Assembly (NCBI GenBank): GCA_034780895.1
Contig: JAUZTB010000135.1
Coordinates: 82,589,876 to 82,653,875 of the forward strand
Source: Rhynchobatus australiae
Taxonomy: Eukaryota
Length of the DNA stretch: 64,000 nucleotides
Direction of reading: 5' to 3'
Each line of letters opens with the position of its first letter. Position 1 is the stretch's first letter. The notes under the pieces were generated by a model. The model had not been told where the DNA came from, did no database searches, and saw only the letters and a list, made by a program, of their open reading frames with translations. Both the position numbers and the translations under genes were made by a program. Below are positions 59,496 to 64,000 of the stretch, piece by piece.

Positions 59496-60154
59496 ATGAT
59501 CACAGGCCCTCGGGTTGCGTTTGGGATTGATGGGATTTGTGAGGTTGTTGCAATGCAGGAGGGGGCCAGAAGGATGAGGACAAGTAATTCCCTTAGCTGG
59601 CAGGCATCCCAGTCGGTGTCATGCTTGTTAGACCATGTTGACCTAGGAGTGCTGCCAGGTGGGTAGCAGAATGTGAAGGGTGCTGCTCAGTCCAAGTTCC
59701 CTTATATTGCTCCAAAAAGTGTGTTGCACAGGGATTGGCATAATCCCACATGTCCCTGAGGTAGAAATTACATCCAGAGTTTAAGACTGGCACACACCCA
59801 GAATTGCCCAGTCAAATTTCCGGAGTGATACCAAACAACCTGGAGAAGGTTGGTTATTGTGTTTCGCTCTTGGCAATAAACATACAATTGCATAACACTG
59901 CATAACACAAAACAGTGTTTCACTTTGAATTTCAAGGCAAACAACTTCAAATCCCACCAGTGAAAACTGTGAAACGTATTTCAAAATGTTTGATAATTTT
60001 GTGGGTTAAAACCAGAAAAAAAATTAAGTCACTATAAAACTAATGTCCTTCAGGTCTACATGTTTTGTACTGCTTTATGGAGTTGGCTTGTTTATGGCCT
60101 GTTGAAGTTGTACAGCAAACTACTGAATTATAAAAGTGATTGCTCCTGAGTAAG

Positions 60155-61595
60155 ATTTCTTTTATTCATTTTTCAGGAGGTAGGTGTTGCTGACAAGGCT
60201 AGCATTTAGTGGCCTTTCCTAATTGTCCTTGACAAGTGGTGATAGCTGCCTTCTTGACCACTGTAGTACTTCTGGTGAAGGTACTCCCACACTGCTGTTG
60301 AATGAGTTCCAGGATTTATATCTGGCAACGTGAAGGAACAGTGATATATTTCTAGCTCAGGATGGAGGAGACATATAACTTGTGGTGTTTCCATGTGCCT
60401 CCTGCCCTTGTCCTTCTTGATGAAAGAACTTGCTAGTATGGGAGGTGCTGTCAACTCAAAATAAGTAAGTGTAGTGTATCTTGTAAGTGATACACACAGT
60501 GGCCTTCGGGGTGGAGGTTGGTGGATGGTTGCCAATTAAGCAGGCTTGTTTAGCCTAGATGGTATTGAGTTTCTTGAATGTTGTTATAGCTGTATTTAGT
60601 TCTGTCATGGGAGGAAACTGCTTGATGAACAAAAAAAACAAGCATGTGCTCCTTGAAGGAGTGCAGCATCCTCACTAACTCCTGGAACCCTCTGGCCCAC
60701 GACCGTTCAAAGGGGAGAAGATACATTCGGGACAGTGTTGAGAACCTTGGGGCCAACCTTGTCTAAGGAAAAGAAATATCCTGGTAAGTGGAGAGTATGC
60801 TGATACACTCATGACTTGGGTCTCGTAGATGGTGGAAAGACCTTGGGGTATCAGGACGTGAGTTACTCACTCTGCAGTAATCAACCTCTGACCTGCTCTT
60901 GTTCCACAGAATTTCTATAACTGAACCAGTTGAGTTTCTGGTCAATGGTGAGCCCCAGGGTGGTGGGGTTTTGGCCTCTGTAATGCCATTGACTGTAAAG
61001 GGTATGTAAATAGATTCTGACTTGCTGAGGGTGGCCATTGTCTGGTATTTTTAATGGTAGAAATGTTACTTGTTACTTATCAGTCCCTACCTGTGTTGTC
61101 GAGGTCTTGCTGCTTGCAAGCATGGACTGGTTCTGAGGAGTTGTGAATGGAATGCTGTGTTAGATCTAGTTTTAGACTAGAGGGAATGCTGTGTTAGATC
61201 TAGTTTTAGGAAATGAACCGGAACAGGTGAAGGATCTATTGGTGGGGGAGCATTTGGGGGACAGTGACCATTGCTCCGTAACCTTTAGAATTGTCATGGN
61301 NNNNNNNNNNNNNNNNNNNNNNNNNNNNNNNNNNNNNNNNNNNNNNNNNNNNNNNNNNNNNNNNNNNNNNNNNNNNNNNNNNNNNNNNNNNNNNNNNNNG
61401 TGTGAGGTGTGGTTAGATGGGCGGCACAACATGGTGGGCCAAAGGGCCTGTATTGTGCTGTATTGTTCTATGGTTCTATGGAATCGAACATTGTGCAATT
61501 TTCAGTGACTGTTCCCATTTCTGATCTTATGATGGGAAGAAGGTCATTGATGAAGGAGCTAAAGATGGTTGGGTCATGGACACTACCTTGAACAG
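60155..61595 (-). mobile_element. Old LINE 3' UTR and RT remnant, interrupted by younger insertions
   Basis: 3' end tttattcatt...caaggctagcatttagtggcctttcctaattgtccttgacaag; ORF 61468-61755 VQGSVHDPTIFSSFINDLLPIIRSEMG. Confidence 0.75.
61154..61477 (+). mobile_element. Younger 5'-truncated CR1 LINE (endonuclease C-terminus, gap, 3' end)
   Basis: AVLDLVLGNEPEQVKDLLVGEHLGDSDHCSVTFRIVM (APE SDH motif); 3' end tggtgggccaaagggcctgtattgtgctgtattg(ttctatg)x2; flanking ATGGAAT repeats. Confidence 0.85.
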
Positions 61596-61824
61596 CGAGA
61601 CAGGACATGTCTAGTTGCCAGTGAAATGACAATGTAAATAAAATCTTGTCAATGTTGCCAAGATCCTGAGACCAAATAAAGTAAATTAACCTCATTAGTA
61701 TAATAATAGAATAACTAGGTTTATCTTTTCTCCCTATAACTCTACTTGGTCTCAAGGCTGGGATTTGTTACAATAACTATTATTATTCAGTAAAATCTGT
61801 AAAATCTTGGTGGCAAAAGAAATT

Positions 61825-62610
61825 TCATTTTTATTCATTCATTCTTGAAATGTAGATGTCCCTAACAAGGCTATTATTTGTTGCCCTTCGCTAACTGTCC
61901 TTGAGATGCTGGAGATGAACTGCTTTCTTGAACTTTAAAGTCTGTGTGGAAAAAGGTATCATGGAATCCCATTATGTATGGAGCTAATTTCGATCCAGTG
62001 ACAATAAAGGGAATAGCAAAGTCCTACCAAGTTTGGAAAGTGTGAGATTTGGAGGGGCAGATGGAGGTGTTGCCCATGTTCTAAATGGCATTGAAGAAGC
62101 ATTGGCAAATAGTTACAGTGCAACCAGTTGAAAGGTACACATGGCAATAAGTTTTTGCCAGCAGTGTTGTGATTGAATGTTTAAGATGATAGATGGGGTG
62201 ATGATCATGTCAGCTGCTTTGACTTGGATGGTGTTGATCTTCTCAAGTGTTGTTGAAAATGCACTCTAGTGTTATGTAAATGGTGGGACTTTGAGGAGTC
62301 AGCAGATGTGTCACACATTGTGGAACATTCTATTACTGACCTACTCCTATCACCTCAATATTTATGTGATTGGTCCATTTTAAGCTTCTGAGAAAGGTGA
62401 GCATGTTGAAAATAAGATATTCTGTAATGTTGATCCACTGAAAGCCTTGGAGATGTTACCAGACTCTATTTTGTTAGAGATCATTGGTTGGCACCTCTGT
62501 GTCACAAATATTATTTGCCACTTATCATTCCAAACTTGTAGGTTGTCCAGATCTTGTCTAGCAAAAGATACTTCATTATCTGAGGAAATGTGTATTGAAC
62601 TGATTTATAG
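61825..62610 (-). mobile_element. Decayed old LINE 3' portion
   Basis: ttattcattcattcttgaaatgtag...aacaaggctattatttgttgcccttcgctaactgtccttgag; same family as ~60155. Confidence 0.65.
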
Positions 62611-64000
62611 GGCACATTGTATGCCTTTTAAGAACAGCATTCTATGTCATATTTGGCTTCTCTAGTGAGATGTTGCAAAATAACTGAAAGAGATTTATTG
62701 ATTCCTGCCAACAAGTCCAAATTTGTCTTCCTCAAATGTGCACTGGAAATTAGTTGAAACCCCATTAAAACATAAATACATGGCAATGCAAGTTGTTCTG
62801 GATTTCTCATCCACAACTTCCTGCCTTTGGTTTGTGACAGGATGTATTTCAGATTGTTTACATAACTGTGTGGCATCATTATGAACAGTAGCCTTTACCA
62901 TCTAAGCCCTTAGTTTCCTCTTTCTGCCAATAATACAGCCCCCAAAATATGAAAGGGGCCTCTGACATTCTTGCATTAGGTTTAAAAATCTAAGTCTAAT
63001 TGCTGATATTAACACCACTAATACAGGTTGGTGGAGAGGAATATGTGGAAGCACGTGAACCTACATTTCGCATCAACATCAGTTCAGAGTGTTATGTGCT
63101 GTAATGCAGTGAATTTAGATGTGAGAGTAATGCTGAAAATATTCATTCTCATTCTCTCTGCCTCTATCTCTCATCCTGATTTTTGGATTAACATTATTTT
63201 AATCTCAGTAGTAATTCATTTATTTTAAATGGCAGTGGTCTAGCGGAGTTTATTTGAAATGGGTGCCTGTCAGCATTAGAGTAATGCTGATCAGGGAATC
63301 CAGGCATTCCTTCCTTTGCTTTCCCTCTCCTCCCAAACCTCAGTGAAGTGGAGTTTCTATTGTAAATTTGAGAAAATGATGACTCTTATATCAGTGAAGC
63401 AGCTGATTTGGCTGATAATAAATCAGCAATGGTGATAAAAGATATGGGAAAATACAGGAAAGAATGGGCTGGACTGTCTTTTTGTATGTGGAATACAAAA
63501 TGTTTTCTCTCAGCCTTCCATAGTACACTATTTGATTTTAGCTGCCCTTCATTGACTTTACAGAACTAAATTTCAGTCTTTAACAATAGTATTTGTGAGC
63601 CATATATCGTGAGGGGACGTCCCTTACAGATTTTCTGTACAGACTTAACTACTATATCCTGGTGATTGCAAAGTACGTATGTGGCCAGGGTACATAAATC
63701 CCACCCGTAAGCATCTGAATTGAATCAGCAACACCAATTTGGGCTGATGGTTTTTCTCCAAACACTCTCCGTTACAATATATGATTGTTCCACCAACTCT
63801 CAGAGCTGTTTTTTTCAAAAATATTATTTTTGGTTTCTGTAAAACATATTTACAATAGTAAGGGATATAAAGATAAACAGAGCAGTCACACACAAAAAAG
63901 ATGTTTTTTTAAAAAGAGTAAATGAATAATTCTTTTGTGGATTTTACAGAGCCCACTTTGGGTCATTTGAAATGAAGAATTTTCAGGTTTGGCTTGCTTG

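Noticed and set aside
60640-60765. GC-richer insert resembling a processed gene fragment
   Set aside because: The plus frame SILTNSWNPLAHDRSKGRRY resembles the SIL.DP.HP...PSGRRY C-terminus of Rex1/L2-type LINEs; more likely a TE scrap.
35247-64000. ZFHX4 exon 4 or homeodomain exons
   Set aside because: No further zinc-finger or homeodomain coding sequence is visible; intron 3 extends beyond the window unless an exon is hidden in a gap.

Overview
Eukaryotic, AT-rich, gapped vertebrate genomic DNA. The repeat content (HE1-like V-SINEs, CR1/HER1-like LINEs, Penelope-like remnants, DeuSINE-like copies) points to a cartilaginous fish, probably a shark or ray. The window holds the 5' part of ZFHX4 on the + strand: a CpG-rich promoter and candidate non-coding exon 1 (~9.2-9.6 kb), a ~21 kb nearly transposon-free intron 1, the giant first coding exon (30771-33397, ATG at 30817), exon 3 (34744-35246) and the first ~29 kb of intron 3, which becomes retroelement-dense after ~40 kb. 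The homeodomain exons lie outside the window. Most notable: (1) three upstream AUGs, one per reading frame, within 30 nt of the ZFHX4 start (a 2-codon uORF, an overlapping uORF and an AUG-UAG start-stop); (2) short palindromic Penelope-derived elements with decayed minimal hammerhead-ribozyme cores, one with a clean 13-bp target-site duplication; (3) a near-perfect 76-nt hairpin at 1409-1484; (4) an old LINE that appears to carry a tRNA/SINE-like head directly before its endonuclease; (5) an intron-2 hairpin with A-C mismatches. All family and orthologue assignments come from recalled consensus sequences, not database searches.
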